64,000 bases of DNA from positions 10,292,001 through 10,356,000 of the forward strand of contig OX597820.1 of assembly GCA_951406725.2 (NCBI GenBank). The letters run 5' to 3'. The position numbers and the translations under genes were made by a program. Below the pieces are notes generated by a model. That model ran no database searches, was not told where the DNA came from, and worked only from the letters and a program-made list of their open reading frames with translations. The stretch's first letter is position 1. Each line of letters begins with the position of its first letter. Shown in pieces: positions 1 to 12,852 of this stretch. The stretch comes from Octopus vulgaris (lineage: Eukaryota).

Positions 1-335
1 AACAAGGACAGACAAATGGATTAAGTCGATATATCGACCCCCAGTGCGTAACTGGTACTTATTTAATCGACCCCGAAAGGATGAAAAGCAAAATCGACCT
101 CGGCGGAATTTGAACTCAGAAAGTAACGGCAGACGAAATACTTATTTCTTTACTACCCAAAAGGGGCTAAACACAGGGGGGACAAACAAGGACAGACAAA
201 GGGATTAAGTCGATTACATCGACCCCAGTGCGTAAATGGTACTTAATTTATCGACCCCGAAAGGATGAAAAGCAAAGTCGACCTCGGCGGAATTTGAACT
301 CAGAACGTAACGGCAGACGAAATACGGCTTCGCAT
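1..335 (-). mobile_element. SINE family B (GGCGGCGAGCTGGCAGAAACGTTAGC... type), tandem dimer, truncated by the window start
   Basis: Reverse complement of the ~240 bp element seen intact at 19412-19643; contains B-box-like GAGTTCAAATTCC and central GCCTTTCATCCTTTCGGGGTCGATAAA. Confidence 0.85.
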
Positions 336-485
336 AATGTAGCTTATCAACGGTAAGCTATAATCCTGCAAAGCATCCTGGTAGCAAAGGAGTTCAGGCG
401 GCTCCTAAGGGCTCCAAGACAGTGTCCAAATCTCGCAACTACAGCAGAGCAGGACAGGAAAACCAGAGACCTAAAGATCCGAACC
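335..485 (-). pseudogene. RTE-clade LINE ORF2 fragment
   Basis: Frameshifted minus-strand translation ~RIFRSLVF.VLL.SCEIWTL..ALRSRLNSFATRMLCRII matches the RTE motif 'VLPVLLYGCETWTL...RL..F..R.LRRI'. Confidence 0.6.
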
Positions 486-697
486 TTTATTCTTGTTCTA
501 CATGACATAGCATCAGTTCATAAACTTTAAATCGAATTTTTAAAAAGAGGCAGGAAACATATGTCATTTCGACCTGCATTAGCATTTATAATCTAATTCA
601 ATTTAAATTCAAATACATGCTTGTTGCACAATGGATTAGAAATCTGACTGCTATAAATGTAATGGAAAACATCCTTTTTTTTTTCATTTCTTTCAAG

Positions 698-787
698 AAA
701 GTTAACTTTTCAAATAAAGAATCAAATAAATATAGCTCACTATTTAACTTAAGGGAAACTACAGAAAAGACCGAACGAAAAATTCAG
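698..787 (+). CDS. Candidate internal coding exon (90 nt, phase 0-0), product unknown
   Basis: Strong polypyrimidine tract and acceptor (ctttttttttttcatttctttcaAG), open frame KVNFSNKESNKYSSLFNLRETTEKTERKIQ, consensus donor CAG|gtaagt; unique sequence in the window. Confidence 0.4.
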
Positions 788-1038
788 GTAAGTCAACTTT
801 AATCAACAAAATAATTTAAATTGCTGATTGCCGTGAGCACGTTTCATCAGTGAAGTCTACTACACTAGGTATTTCATGAACTTATTTAGACATTTCAGCA
901 AAAGTATTTAATTTTATATAACAGTTTCTATTCCTGATCTACAAAATGTACAGACATTATGATATTCTTTCAGATGGACGCAAACGTGGTTGTGTCGTTT
1001 AGAAATTTACTTCTCAATCGTATGGCCTTGTAGGGTTA

Positions 1039-1809
1039 TACGACCGAACGCAAGGAGGTTGGTGACAAAGGTCTCCTTTTGTCGTGGCACGGTCGTCCCT
1101 AACAAAAAATATAAGTGTGCCAAATCCATGATATAAAATACAGTGCCAAATGTCTTCTCTCTGAAACAGTGGAACGGTTGTCATCCTTCGTTAATTCCTT
1201 TTGGCACCGTATTTTATATCATGGATTTGGCACGTCAGAGTGAATTCCACTTTAACTGAGATGAAGTAGAGTATTACTTGGGAAAGAGATCAACTTGTGG
1301 AAGTACAACGTAAGATGTTAACAATCAATCTTTATATATAAAAGTAAGGTTGTGTGCTGTCTGTCTCCCACATTTTGCGGTGCAGTTTAACCAAAACCGG
1401 GTATCTTACAGTCGTGATTCATATCGAGCCTTTCTGGGTATTAGCGCGCGTCTACGATGAGTCTACGATTTAAAAAAAATTACCATCAATTTTTCCCATT
1501 TTTAATGCATTTTTGGCATATACAAGGGAAGTAACTCTCTAAAATTTTTATTTTAAATCTCAGAACGTAAAAAGCTACAGTAACACCCCCCTTTGTGGTT
1601 AGCCATATTGAGATGGCTATTATACTTTACATCTCTAAAAATGCTTACATAGTTATTTCCCTTACAAACCCGAGCAACGCCGGGCGATACTGCTAGTAAG
1701 AAATAAGCCAGTAAAAGTAAAAATATTTTTACTTATATATTTTTGTTAGGGACGACCGTGCGACAACAAAAGGAGACGTTTGTCACCAGCCTCCTTACGT
1801 ACGGTCGTA
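1039..1809. mobile_element. MITE / non-autonomous DNA transposon with ~78 bp TIRs
   Basis: 1039-1116 (tacgaccgaacgcaaggaggttggtgacaaag...aatataagt) is the imperfect reverse complement of 1731-1809; an inner inverted repeat lies at 1117-1150 / 1200-1233. Confidence 0.75.
1329..1696 (+). mobile_element. Non-autonomous Helitron
   Basis: Begins 5'-TC (TCTTTATATATAAAAG), ends with hairpin CCCG-agcaacgc-CGGG then CTAG-3', inserted between A and T, no TSD. Confidence 0.8.
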
Positions 1810-2034
1810 GCCTTGCCTTCATTGCAACTGAACGACATTTTGAGCAAGCGTCTTTTACTCTAACCCTAGACAGACTAAAGCGATGTGAGCGGATTCGGAA
1901 GAAGGGAACTGAAAGAATAATTTTGTATTATGTCTATATATGCGTATGTGTGAGTGAGTGTGTGTAGGTATGTAAGTACGTATTTATATAGATGCACACA
2001 CATATGTATATATAAATACATACATATATATACT

Positions 2035-2238
2035 TTTCTACTTTAGGCAAAAGGCCCGGAATTTTTTTTGGGGGAGGCCAGCCCATTAGATCGACCCCAG
2101 TACGCAACTGGTACTTAATTTAATTCATAAAAAAGGATGAAAGGCAAAATCTACCTCGGTGGAATTCGATCGTAAAGACAGACAAAATACCACTATGCGT
2201 TTCGCCCGGTGTGCTAACAATTCTGCCAACTCGCCCCC
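2035..2238 (-). mobile_element. SINE family B, diverged
   Basis: Homologous to family B copies elsewhere in the window. Confidence 0.7.
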
Positions 2239-3098
2239 TTTTATATGTATATATATATATATGGGGGGGATATATATATATATGGAGGGGGGCATACATA
2301 TATATATATATATATATATATGCATATATATGTGCGTGTGTGTATGTATTTGAGTTTGGCTTCCACCACCGCTACCCAACCGGCAACGGTTTGCTTACCT
2401 CCCTGAAACCTTGCGGTTCGTCTAAACAGTACGATAGAATATGTACCATGTTTCATAAATAAATAAATAAATAAACAAATAAATAAATAAATACTGGGGG
2501 CGATTTGATTGCCAAGCCCTTCAAATCGGAGCCTCAGTATGACCGCTGTCCAATGATTATAACAAGATAAATGAAAGTAAAGCGTAGTTTCTTAACGATC
2601 TACAAATGAAGGCACTGTGTTGACCTCAACAATAGGATGTACTAAAATGTAATGAATGTTTATGGTAGATTGTCAAGCTAAAAATGATTACAAGACCTTT
2701 TAAAGGACAAACAATCATTATTTGTAGGAACCTAAAAAAGAATAGTACAATATAGAGCTGGCACGGTTAAACTCAGATACTGCACCGTACTGAAATAGAT
2801 TGGAAAAAATACAGGATAAATAGTATAGAGAGTTTGTTTATTAAAGTGTTGTTATGAATAAACATAGAACGTATTTCGTGTTTTGAATTTTTTTTTTCAC
2901 TTTGAATACAATAAGTTATTTAATATTCAAAAATATGCGTTTAACAAAAAAATATCAAGAATTTTCCATTGTTGATTAGGCAAGTAGCCAAGGAAAAGAA
3001 AATGGACAAATCCCACTTGCTAACAGAGTAATACACATTGATACACAAACGTACATTTCACTGCATATTTAACAACAACAAAAACAATAGTTATAATG

Positions 3099-3141
<43 letters not shown>

Positions 3142-3728
3142 AAATATTAATGAATAAATAAATAATAAACTTCAATTATGAACCAATGTTTTCAATTTAC
3201 GGTACAAATCTTTAAATTGCATTAAAACATATAATAGTCTTATAGTCTTTCGAGTACTTTTATGCCATTGCGTACGTTTTCATATGTGTGTATGTGTATG
3301 AGTGTGTATGTATATATATGTATATATGTGTGTGTATATATATATGCATATGTATGTATATATATAATAATATATATATATAGACATGCTTATATATAAC
3401 TATATATATACATATATACATATATATACATATATATATATAGCCGTATATTTATATATAATTATATATATACATATATAACTATATATGTTACACATAC
3501 ACATACACACACACACATATAACTAATATATAAGTATGAAATGTAACGTGTCTGGAATGGCACAAACAGTGCAGAGTGGACTTTAGTAACTTTTATATGT
3601 AATTTAATTATTCATAGTCTAATAGAATATTTTGGAATATAAAAATTCCTTCTTCAGACATCGCTAGGAAGTAATAGAATAACTGTTATAGTCGTTTACC
3701 AAACGGTTACTGAAATCACTCTTTCGTT

Positions 3729-3819
<91 letters not shown>

Positions 3820-3821
<2 letters not shown>

Positions 3822-4180
3822 GTGGCTGTGTGGAAAGTAGCTTGCTTACCAACCACATGGTTCCGGGTTCAGTCCCACTGCGTGGCACCTTGGGCAAGTG
3901 TCTTCTACTATAGCCTCGAGCCTACTAAAGCTTAGTGAGTGGATTTGGTAGATGGAAACTGAAGGAAGCCCGTCGTATATATGTTTATGTATATATATAT
4001 ATGTGTGTGTGTGTGTGTTTGTGTGCCTGTGTTTGTCCCCGTAACTTAGCGGTTCGGCTAAAGAGACCGATAGAATAAGTACTAGGCTTACAAAGAATAA
4101 GTCCTGGGGTCGATTTGCCCGACTAAAGGCGGTGCTCCAGCATGGCCGCAGTCAAATGACTGAAACAAAGTAAGAGTAAA
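3820..4180 (+). mobile_element. tRNA-derived SINE family A (internal (TA)n(TG)n microsatellite)
   Basis: Head GTGGCTGTGTGG.AAGTAGCTTGC...GGTTCCGGGTTCAGTCCCACTG (A/B-box-like); tail GGCGGTGCTCCAGCATGGCCGCAGTCAAATGACTGAAAC; many copies in the window. Confidence 0.85.
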
Positions 4181-4182
4181 AG

Positions 4183-4246
<64 letters not shown>

Positions 4247-4369
4247 AATATATGTATGTTTGTTTGTGTGTCTGTCTATGTTTGTCTAACAATCTATTTA
4301 TGAATGTAAGTGTATGTGTTTGTGTGCTCGTGAATGTATATTTGGTAGATAAACGGGATAAGAATATAG

Positions 4370-4523
4370 AGTGGCTGTGTGATAAGTAGCTTGCTAACCA
4401 ACCACATGGTTCCGGGTTCAGTACCACTGCGTGGCATCTTGGGCAAGTGTCTTCTGCTATAGCCCCGGGCCGACCAATTCCTTGTGAGTGGATTTGGTAG
4501 ACGGAAACTGAAAGAAGCCTGTC

Positions 4524-4567
<44 letters not shown>

Positions 4568-4775
4568 ATGTGTGTGTGTGTGTCTGTGTTTGTCCCCCTA
4601 GCATTGCTTGACAACCGATGCTGGTGTGTTTACGTCCCCGTTACTTAGCGGTTCGGCAAAAGAGAACGATAGAATAAGTACTGGGCTTACAAAGAATAAG
4701 TCCCGTGGTCGATTTGCTCGACTAACGGTGGTGCTCCAGCATGGCCGCAGTCAAATGACTGAAACAAGTAAAAAA
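4370..4775 (+). mobile_element. SINE family A
   Basis: Near-identical to 6182-6600 and 12853-13270. Confidence 0.9.
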
Positions 4776-5144
4776 AAAAAAAATAAATAAATAAATAAAT
4801 AAAATGTATGTATTCTCTCAGATTTATTTAAGTTCTTAATGATGTGCAAGGCTTTTGCTAACAAATCGAAAAGGATTTTGAGCCGTGTGTGCGCGCGTGT
4901 GTGTGTGTGTGTGTGTGTGCGTGCGTGTGTGTGTGTGTGTGTGTGTGTTTCTATTCTCTTTTGAAACATTTAAACTTTTGTGCAGAAGGTGCTGATTTCT
5001 AACAAAGATACACAACTCCATCATTGGAACGTAGAAAACGAAAACAATAACACATATAGGCGCAGGTGTTCCGGGTTCAGTCCCACTGTGTGGCATCTTG
5101 GGCAAGTGTCTTCTAATATAGTCTCGGGCCAACGAAAGCCTTGG

Positions 5145-5350
5145 GCATCTTTTTGAATTCCATATGACAAGCACTTGCGGCTTTGCTTACAAAATCAAAA
5201 TACAAACCCAGCGTCCTTGACTTTCGGAAACATTTTTTCACGCTCAGAATTGTTGAATCATGGAAGAAACTACCCGATTCAGTCATTAGCTGTCCAGACA
5301 CTACATCCTGCAAAACTTCCATGCTTCCTGAAATCTGGCAATAGTACACC
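5145..5350 (+). pseudogene. CR1-clade LINE ORF2 3' fragment
   Basis: Translation ~STCGFAYKIK..LDFRKHFFTLRIVESWKKLPDSVISCPDTTSCK matches the CR1 C-terminus 'TRGH..KL...RK.FF..RVV..WN.LP..VV'. Confidence 0.6.
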
Positions 5351-5507
5351 TAGTGGCTTTTTTTCTCTTAATTGTAGTGCATCTGAACATTGTATACAAC
5401 AATTTATTTTTTCTTTTCTTTTCTTTCACGTATGGATGTAAAAGGGAGAATACAGAGAAATTCTAGAAAATGTTAATCCAGAATTTACATGTAATACGTG
5501 AAACAAT

Positions 5508-5832
5508 ATTTCGTTTTGGGATTTGGTTTGCAAGATTCTTTATATAATTTCGTGTGTTGAAGCATATTCTGTTGTGTCTGGGAGAGTCATTTTCTTTTTG
5601 TGGCTTATAATTTAACGCACTCACCGGTAAAATTTCCACGTATTTCTTATTTTTATTTTCATAAAATGTTCGTTGCGTCTTGCAACGTTTTCCATAGTCT
5701 TGACTATTGAACAGGTTGCAAGACGCAACGAAAATTTTAGGAAAATTAAAAATAGGAAAAACGTGGAAATTTTACCGGTGAGTGTGTTACATAAGACACA
5801 AAAAAAATGACTCTCCCCAGACACAACAGAAT
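5508..5832. repeat. Fold-back inverted repeat element (putative PLE pLTR derivative)
   Basis: Arms 5566-5686 / 5715-5832 are imperfect reverse complements; the spacer is itself palindromic (atagtc-tt-gactat); same family at 8230-8505 and 12311-12410. Confidence 0.75.
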
Positions 5833-5899
5833 GTGAGACAATGTAATGCTTTCTAGATTTGGATTTGTTAATCACCAAAAATCGCAGGTGTTGAGGGGA

Positions 5900-6128
5900 G
5901 ACAGATGGCGACTATGAGGATGATCTTTTGCTGCGGACGACTGATAAGTATGTTTGCTCTGTCTGTGGAAAAATTAGACTTGCAATAGCCAGACACTGTA
6001 ATACTTGTTATCAGCTGGATAAAAGCCACAGTTTTTGTTTTCAGAGTCATATTTGTGAAAAAACAGGTAGCTCTGGGATCGGACTTAAGATGAACTTGCG
6101 TACCCGTGGCTCTGGTATACATCGATGA
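5900..6128 (+). pseudogene. RTE-type LINE ORF2 extreme C-terminus
   Basis: YVCSVCGK...HICEKTGSSGIGLKMNLRTR* resembles the RTE terminal 'C..C.R.C.SRIGL.SH.R.H' motif. Confidence 0.45.
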
Positions 6129-6181
6129 CTTTTGAAGAGATGGTTATATTTTGAAAAGAAGCGACAATTATCATTATTATA

Positions 6182-6600
6182 GGCGCAGGAGTGGCTGTGT
6201 GGTAAGTAGCTTGCTAACCAACCACATGGTTCCGGGTTCAGTACCACTGCGTGGCATCTTGGGCAAGTGTCTTCTGTTATAGCCCCGGGCCGACCAATGC
6301 TTTGTGAGTGGAGTTGGTAGACGGAAACTGAAAGAAGCCTGTCGTATATATATGTATATATATATAAGTGTGTGTGTATATGTTTGTGTGTCTGTGTTTG
6401 TCCCCCTAGCATTGCTTGACAACCGATGCTGGTGTGTTTACGTCCCCCGTCACTTATAGGTTCGGCAAAAGAGACCGATAGAATAAGTACTGGGCTTACA
6501 AAGAATAAGTCCCGGGGTCGATTTGCTCGACTAAAGGCGGTGCTCCAGCATGGCCGCAGTCAAATGACTGAAACAAGTAAAAGAGTAAAAGAGTAAAAGA
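6182..6600 (+). mobile_element. SINE family A, full length
   Basis: GGCGCAGGAGTGGCTGTGTGG head through (GTAAAAGA)n tail. Confidence 0.9.
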
Positions 6601-7147
6601 GAGTATATAAACAAAGGTGGGAAGAAAGTTGTATAACAACGGTCTTACTGTAGCCGTATTTGTTTGATGTTTTCGGAAATGAAAGCCACGTCAGTCTCAA
6701 TCGCCCCCTGACGGCCCTAAGCGTAAATCCATTTATCACATGCAGGTGGTCGTCTTCAGATGCCAGAACAGAAACAGCCAATTTCCTGTTTTGCTATTAT
6801 TCTATCTTTGTGTATCAGTGTGTGTATGTGCGATTTTTTTTTTTTTGTTGGTTGTTAAGTGTAATGGCAGAATATTTTGTGATATAAGATTTAACCCTCT
6901 AGTAATGCCTGTTTGAGTCGATTTAAACTGGAACAGACGTTATCAGGAACACTTGGTGACAGTTGGAACTATGAAAGGAAGATGCTGCTGAAGATAGGGA
7001 CAGAAGATACTCGATTGCCTTACTATTTCTCTACAGACAAAACAACCAAAAGCCTGCTAAGCTGTGTATGGTGGAGGAAGCGCGCGAGGTTCGTGATTAC
7101 CAACGCCTGTAAGCATGACGCACCAAAAAAGGAAAAAAACAGCAAAA

Positions 7148-7189
<42 letters not shown>

Positions 7190-7194
<5 letters not shown>

Positions 7195-7747
7195 GCCCTG
7201 ATGCAGTACAAGGCAATGGCTCTCATGGCTTCTGATCTTAACTGATTGAAAGTGTTATCATGTACATTGTTTTGTCTTCGTATAAAAGATGGGTTGCAGC
7301 AAATATTCTGCTCAATACCACAGATTTGCTTGTCAGTTGTTTGACCATAACCAGTTGAGCATGTCCCTTAGTGGCTGACGATATGTGCATCTCTGATCAC
7401 GAGCAGAAGTAGTGGGGGAGCATCACAGCTGTGTATTGAAAGGGATTCTTTGGGGTTTGAATAATTCCCCTCTGGAAACATGGGTGTTTCTTTCAACATC
7501 CTTAAACAACCCTTATTCAGGGACCTTTTGAGCAGGATAGGTTACTCAACCTGAAGAAAATTCTAACTAGGCCCCACCTGCAAGGTCATGCGCTGTCTAT
7601 CTTGATATGAGATCACCATGTCGCGCACATATGGTTGTGATGCATGTGCCTGGTGTACCCTTATCAGACGGGTAGTCATGATGGGTATATTGGGCTTCGT
7701 ATATTTTACCCCAGTGTCACTTTGATGGCATGAACTGCTCTCTCACA
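7190..7747. repeat. ~555 bp non-coding insert bounded by (AAT)n arrays (probable TE-derived repeat)
   Basis: Higher-complexity block with sharp borders between (TAA)n tracts; no recognisable ORF. Confidence 0.35.
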
Positions 7748-7806
7748 TAATAATAATAATAATTATTATTATTATAACAATGATGCTGAGGATAATAATG
7801 TGATAA

Positions 7807-8080
7807 ATACGAAGGTTGTGGTCAATGAAGAGAGTAGACGTGATACCAACAGTAATTGGTGTACTTGGAAGTATCAGTACCCAACTACCAGTATGGCTAA
7901 AAAAGATCGGTGCAAATGTGAAGGTAGAACACCTACAAAAATCAGCATTGCTTGGAACTGCAAGAATTCTTCGCAGGGTTCTTGAAGCATGACCAGTAAA
8001 CAAGTGTCACCTTAGTCTGCTGGCTGTGAACAGCTGACACTTTCCATCATACCCAGCAAAATAAGCTGTGAATTTTTCAT
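7807..8080 (+). mobile_element. 5'-truncated R4/Dong-like RLE non-LTR retrotransposon (C-terminus plus 3' UTR)
   Basis: 7807-7992 encodes IRRLWSMKRVDVIPTVIGVLGSISTQLPVWLKKIGANVKVEHLQKSALLGTARILRRVLEA*, the typical R4/Dong end; flanked by (TAA)n, the known Dong target. Confidence 0.75.
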
Positions 8081-8128
8081 ATAATAATAATAATAATAAT
8101 AATAGTAATAATAATAATGATGATGATG

Positions 8129-8197
<69 letters not shown>

Positions 8198-8229
8198 TTA
8201 ATAAGAGTAATAATAATAATGATAATAAT

Positions 8230-8505
8230 TATTTCGTTTTTTGGATTTGGTTTGCAAGATTCTTGATGTGAGTTTGTGTGTTGAAGCATATTTTGTTGTG
8301 TCTGGGGAGAGTCATTCTCTTTTTGTGCCTTATTATTTAACACACTCACTGGTAAAGTTTCCACTCATTTACTTATTTCCTTCTCCTAGAATTTTCGTTG
8401 CGTCTTGTAACCTTTTTAATTGTCGTTGAGTGGAAACTTTACGGGTGAGTGTATTAAACAATAGGGCACTAAAAGAGAATGACTCTTCCCAAAGACGACA
8501 AATAG
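8230..8505. repeat. Second fold-back copy of the 5508-5832 family
   Basis: gagtcattctctttttgtgcc...ttccactca versus tgagtggaaact...ggcactaaaagagaatgactc; adjoins an (AAT)n array. Confidence 0.7.
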
Positions 8506-8519
8506 TAGTAATAAGAGCA

Positions 8520-8567
8520 AAATCACCACCACCACCACCACCACCACCAACAACAACAACAATAATA

Positions 8568-8623
<56 letters not shown>

Positions 8624-9050
8624 AATAATAATGATAATCAGAAGAAGAAGAAGGAGGAGGAGGAGGGGAGGAGGAGGAGAAGAAGAAGCAGAAGAAGAGG
8701 AAGTGGAAGAAGAAGAAGGAGAGGGAGAAGGAGAAGAAGGAGAAGAAGAAGAAGAAGAAGAAGAGGAAAAGGAGGAGGAGGAGGGGGAAGAAGGAGAAGG
8801 AGAAGAAAAAGAAGGAAAAGAAGAAAAGGAAGAAGCAGAAGAGGAAGAAGGAGAAGTAGAAGAAGAAGAAGAAGAAGAAGGAGAAAAAGAAAGAGAAGAA
8901 GAAGAAGGAGGAGAAGAAGGAGAAGAAAAGAAAAAGAAGCTGAAGAAAAAGGAAAAGGAGAAAAAGGAGAAAAAGAAGAAGAAAAAGGAAAAGAAGAAGA
9001 GGAGGAAGAAGAAGAAGAAGAAGAAGAACAACAACAACAACAACAAGGTC
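8520..9050. repeat. Compound trinucleotide microsatellite (CAC/AAC/AAT/GAT/GAA/GAG)
   Basis: Directly visible. Confidence 0.95.
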
Positions 9051-9607
9051 AGCAACTGCATGAGCAGCAACAATCGTGTGTGCTCTTAGTTGCAACTGGT
9101 GGAATTGCATTATAGTACTTCACTTATCATATACTATGCTAGTATTTGGTAGAATTTGATTCTTAAAAGAAGTATTTGCTCTCCGACTTTAGTCGTCAGA
9201 TGTCCTTCTCTTTGGCACACATCGTGAAACGTCCTGAAATTAGTTTTATTACTTATCATTCGCAGAACAAATTTCTTTCTCTTTTTTTTTGGGCTAACAT
9301 TATGTTTTTTTTCTTTTTTTCTTTGTTACTTCGAAATCTTTCTTTCTTATTGAATAGTTTTCAGTAGTAACGAAAAATAAAATAAAGAATAACTTTTAAA
9401 AAAATATCAATCAAAAATTAATACTACAAATCTAATAAAAAAAATCAACATACGTTAAGCTGTTTTGATTTATCTGTAAAACTAAAATGTCGACTGGTTT
9501 TTTTAACTCAGTTCCGACAAATCAACTAAACCGGTGAGGTTAAAGAAATGTAGAATATTTTTAGATTGGTTTGGCAGAAGATAAAGCAAATGTTTCTTTG
9601 TTTTGAG

Positions 9608-9669
<62 letters not shown>

Positions 9670-9785
9670 CATTATTATTATTATCATTATAATTATTACT
9701 ATTACTATTATTATTATTACTATTACTATTATTATTATTACTATTATTATTATTATTACTATTATTATTATTATTATTGTTATTA

Positions 9786-9817
<32 letters not shown>

Positions 9818-9882
9818 GTTATTATTATTATTATCATTATTATCATTATTATTATCATTATTATTATTATTATTACTATTAC

Positions 9883-9924
<42 letters not shown>

Positions 9925-9938
9925 TGTTGTTGTTGTTG

Positions 9939-9970
<32 letters not shown>

Positions 9971-9972
9971 TA
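9608..9972. repeat. (ATT)n microsatellite
   Basis: Directly visible. Confidence 0.95.
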
Positions 9973-10273
9973 CTGCTACACCTAATTTTTTCTTTCTTGC
10001 TGAGATATGTGTTTCTGTTCTTTTTTGCTAACGTTGCTCTTGTTAATGTCGCTGCTAATATTGTAGTTGATAATATTGTCGTCATTGCAGCGTGTTAAAA
10101 CTTTCACAAAGTGGCTTTCATGACTAGTAAATGTCATTACTTATCGCATTTAATATTGTAAACTGTAGCGACGAATAAGTCAGCATTTTAAAATTCAAAG
10201 CGTAAAATGCAGTATATTGATGAAAATAAGAGAGAAGTATATATATATATATATAATAAGAGAAGTATGTATA

Positions 10274-10314
<41 letters not shown>

Positions 10315-12852
10315 AATAAGAGAAGTATGTATATATATATATATATATATATAACATAAGAGATGTAGTATATATATATATATATATATAATAGAAACTT
10401 GAAAGCGTACAAGCATATAGAAAAGAAAAGAAAAATGACAAAAACGCCACAAACAATGGCGTAAGACCATAAACGTTGTTGCATAGAATGTCAATTTCTT
10501 CTACAAGAAAAGTATAATTTCTGTAAGAAACGAAACACCTAAATAACTTGGCAATTCGCATATTAACCCTATTGTTCGTACGTACGACCTATTCTTATTT
10601 AAGATTTACGTGACATTTAAGCAAATCGTAAAATTTTGGTCAGGAAATAACTAAACTAGACGGAGTTATAACTTACGTGGAATGAAAGAGCTAGAGGTAA
10701 ATTTCTCTTTAGTTAGAAAAGTAGTTTATACCAGACAGACCGAATACTTGAAAGTGAGAAATGGCTTCCTCTTTGGCTTGGCAACTAACTTTCATCAAAT
10801 ATAGATGCAACCAGTGTTTATAAGTTAGATAAACTATCGAAATTACAGTTTATTGATCTTATTTAAGAACATAATGTGTATCCGAACAAAAATTTTGGAC
10901 GCCATCTATCAATAATTAATGATGCGAATGTTTTGTATAATAAATGTATTTATTTTAATACTTGTGCACTTAGCAAAGTTTTGGAGATCTTCTCTAGTTT
11001 GTCGTAGATCGCCGTTTTTTCTGTACTATCTCTGCTTTCTGTGATATGTTGCGCTTCTTTTGTGCACATCTTAATAAACACATTCGTGGTCAGTGTATGG
11101 TTATAATTAGCTATTAGCGACGGAGACAGCCGTTGTAATGAATATCAATCAGCGCATCCTAGTTGGTAGCGCTGAACGCCGTAGACTGAGGAAAACGTCC
11201 TCAACAACCTTCTCGCACGGGAGCCATATGCTATGAAAGGCACAGATTATATCGGTTGGTGAAACTTCGCCATCACCGATGTATATCACTGTTGTATCAC
11301 GTGATACCATTGTAAATGGCAAATCATCAGCCACAGGCAACCAAGGACTGAATACCAGATCGAAAAATCAGACAAACTAATATAGTTTAATACTGACTAA
11401 ACAGTCAATGATGTCGCAAAACGTTGACGTGCTGTGTATTAATTAACTATTAGCAATGGAAACAACATTTTTGATAAATATCTATTAGCACATCCAACTT
11501 AAGTTGGAGGGTGTGTTTTGGATGCTGTAGACTGCGGTAATCGTTCTGAGAAACCAACTTACGGTTATAGTTATTGTTGTCGTTGCTTTTCTTTAATCTG
11601 AAGTCATCCCTGTTGAAGAAGACCCGTGATCAAAGCTATGGTAATCATGATCACCCTCTCTTATTTCAGCAATATTGTTCGCAGTTTATTCTTGTCCAGA
11701 TGTCCCTTTTATCTTGAAGATAATAGGGTGTGACTTAAGAGAAATTTGTCTGCTATTTGTTGCAGATTGAATTGCAACAGAGAGTTGCCTGTGTTGCCTA
11801 GACCAAGTGCGCGGGTTCAGATATCTCAATATAGGTGTTAATAATCTCCACTATCTGAATTTTTCCTCCAGAGTTCCTGAAAGGTTTTGGTCTTTATGTT
11901 CTGAGAATTTTGTCCGTTTGAACTTTGGAAGGGTTCCGCTGAAGGTCTCTTCTCAACCACAGCCAACGTCAGTGACTTCATCTCTCTTGCCTATCCTATC
12001 TCCTTGGTATCTTTTATCAGTTTCCTGGGGACCAAACCAATATTATGCAGAAAAATAATGCTCTGATTCAGTCGGAAAGTCGATTCAGCTGATTTGATTA
12101 AGGAATGAGTCTACGTGCTATCATTTAAGAAGTACCTCGTTACCGAGTCCTGATATTTGGTTGTCTTGTGAGAATTATTGAGTCTGTTCTACCTGGTCAC
12201 TGGGCTTTATTTCCTCAAGAACCACTGTACTCTTACTGTTATAACTAATACAAACGTTATTAGTCATGAATCACCCCATTGCAATAACGTACACAATTCT
12301 TACTACGTTTTTGTATTTGGTTCGATAGATTCTTGATGTGAATTCGTGTGTTGAAACATATCATGAGAGGGTCATTGCGCCATTGATAATAAACACTCGC
12401 ACTGGTTCAATATCACTTCTTAAAAGCATCCCAAGACATAATAAGTGCAACATTTCATTATTTGGTATTTAATCTTGAGATGGCGTTAGTTGTATTAATT
12501 CTTACCGCATTCAAGACTATTCTCAACGAGAACAGGTTAGTACAAAAGCCAAGACTATGTTTTCCAGCAGTTACTGTCACTATTTATGCTCCTAAAATGC
12601 GCCTTGAAGCGTGGTTGTTACAGGTGAACATCATAAGTAGTGCAGTACACTTGAGATGGTAAAAAACACGTTGTCTTTTATAAGCAAGCTGCTGTACGTG
12701 TGTCGCTGCTGAATTTGATTGTGTTCTCAGCTTACAACATTTCCACCGTAGTCTCACTACTAATCACTTTGCTAAACGCAAACACGCAATCGTTAACACG
12801 TGCGTCTTACACTGTTCAACAACAAGTATCCAAAGCAACAAAGCAACAGTAT

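Noticed and set aside
3610-3665. Minus-strand CUGAAGA-A-GGAAU/AUUCC hammerhead candidate
   Set aside because: GAAA is mutated and stem I does not close; too degenerate to count.
8369-9985. Long ORFs (poly-E/K/S/I/L)
   Set aside because: Open only because they span trinucleotide microsatellites; no domain content.
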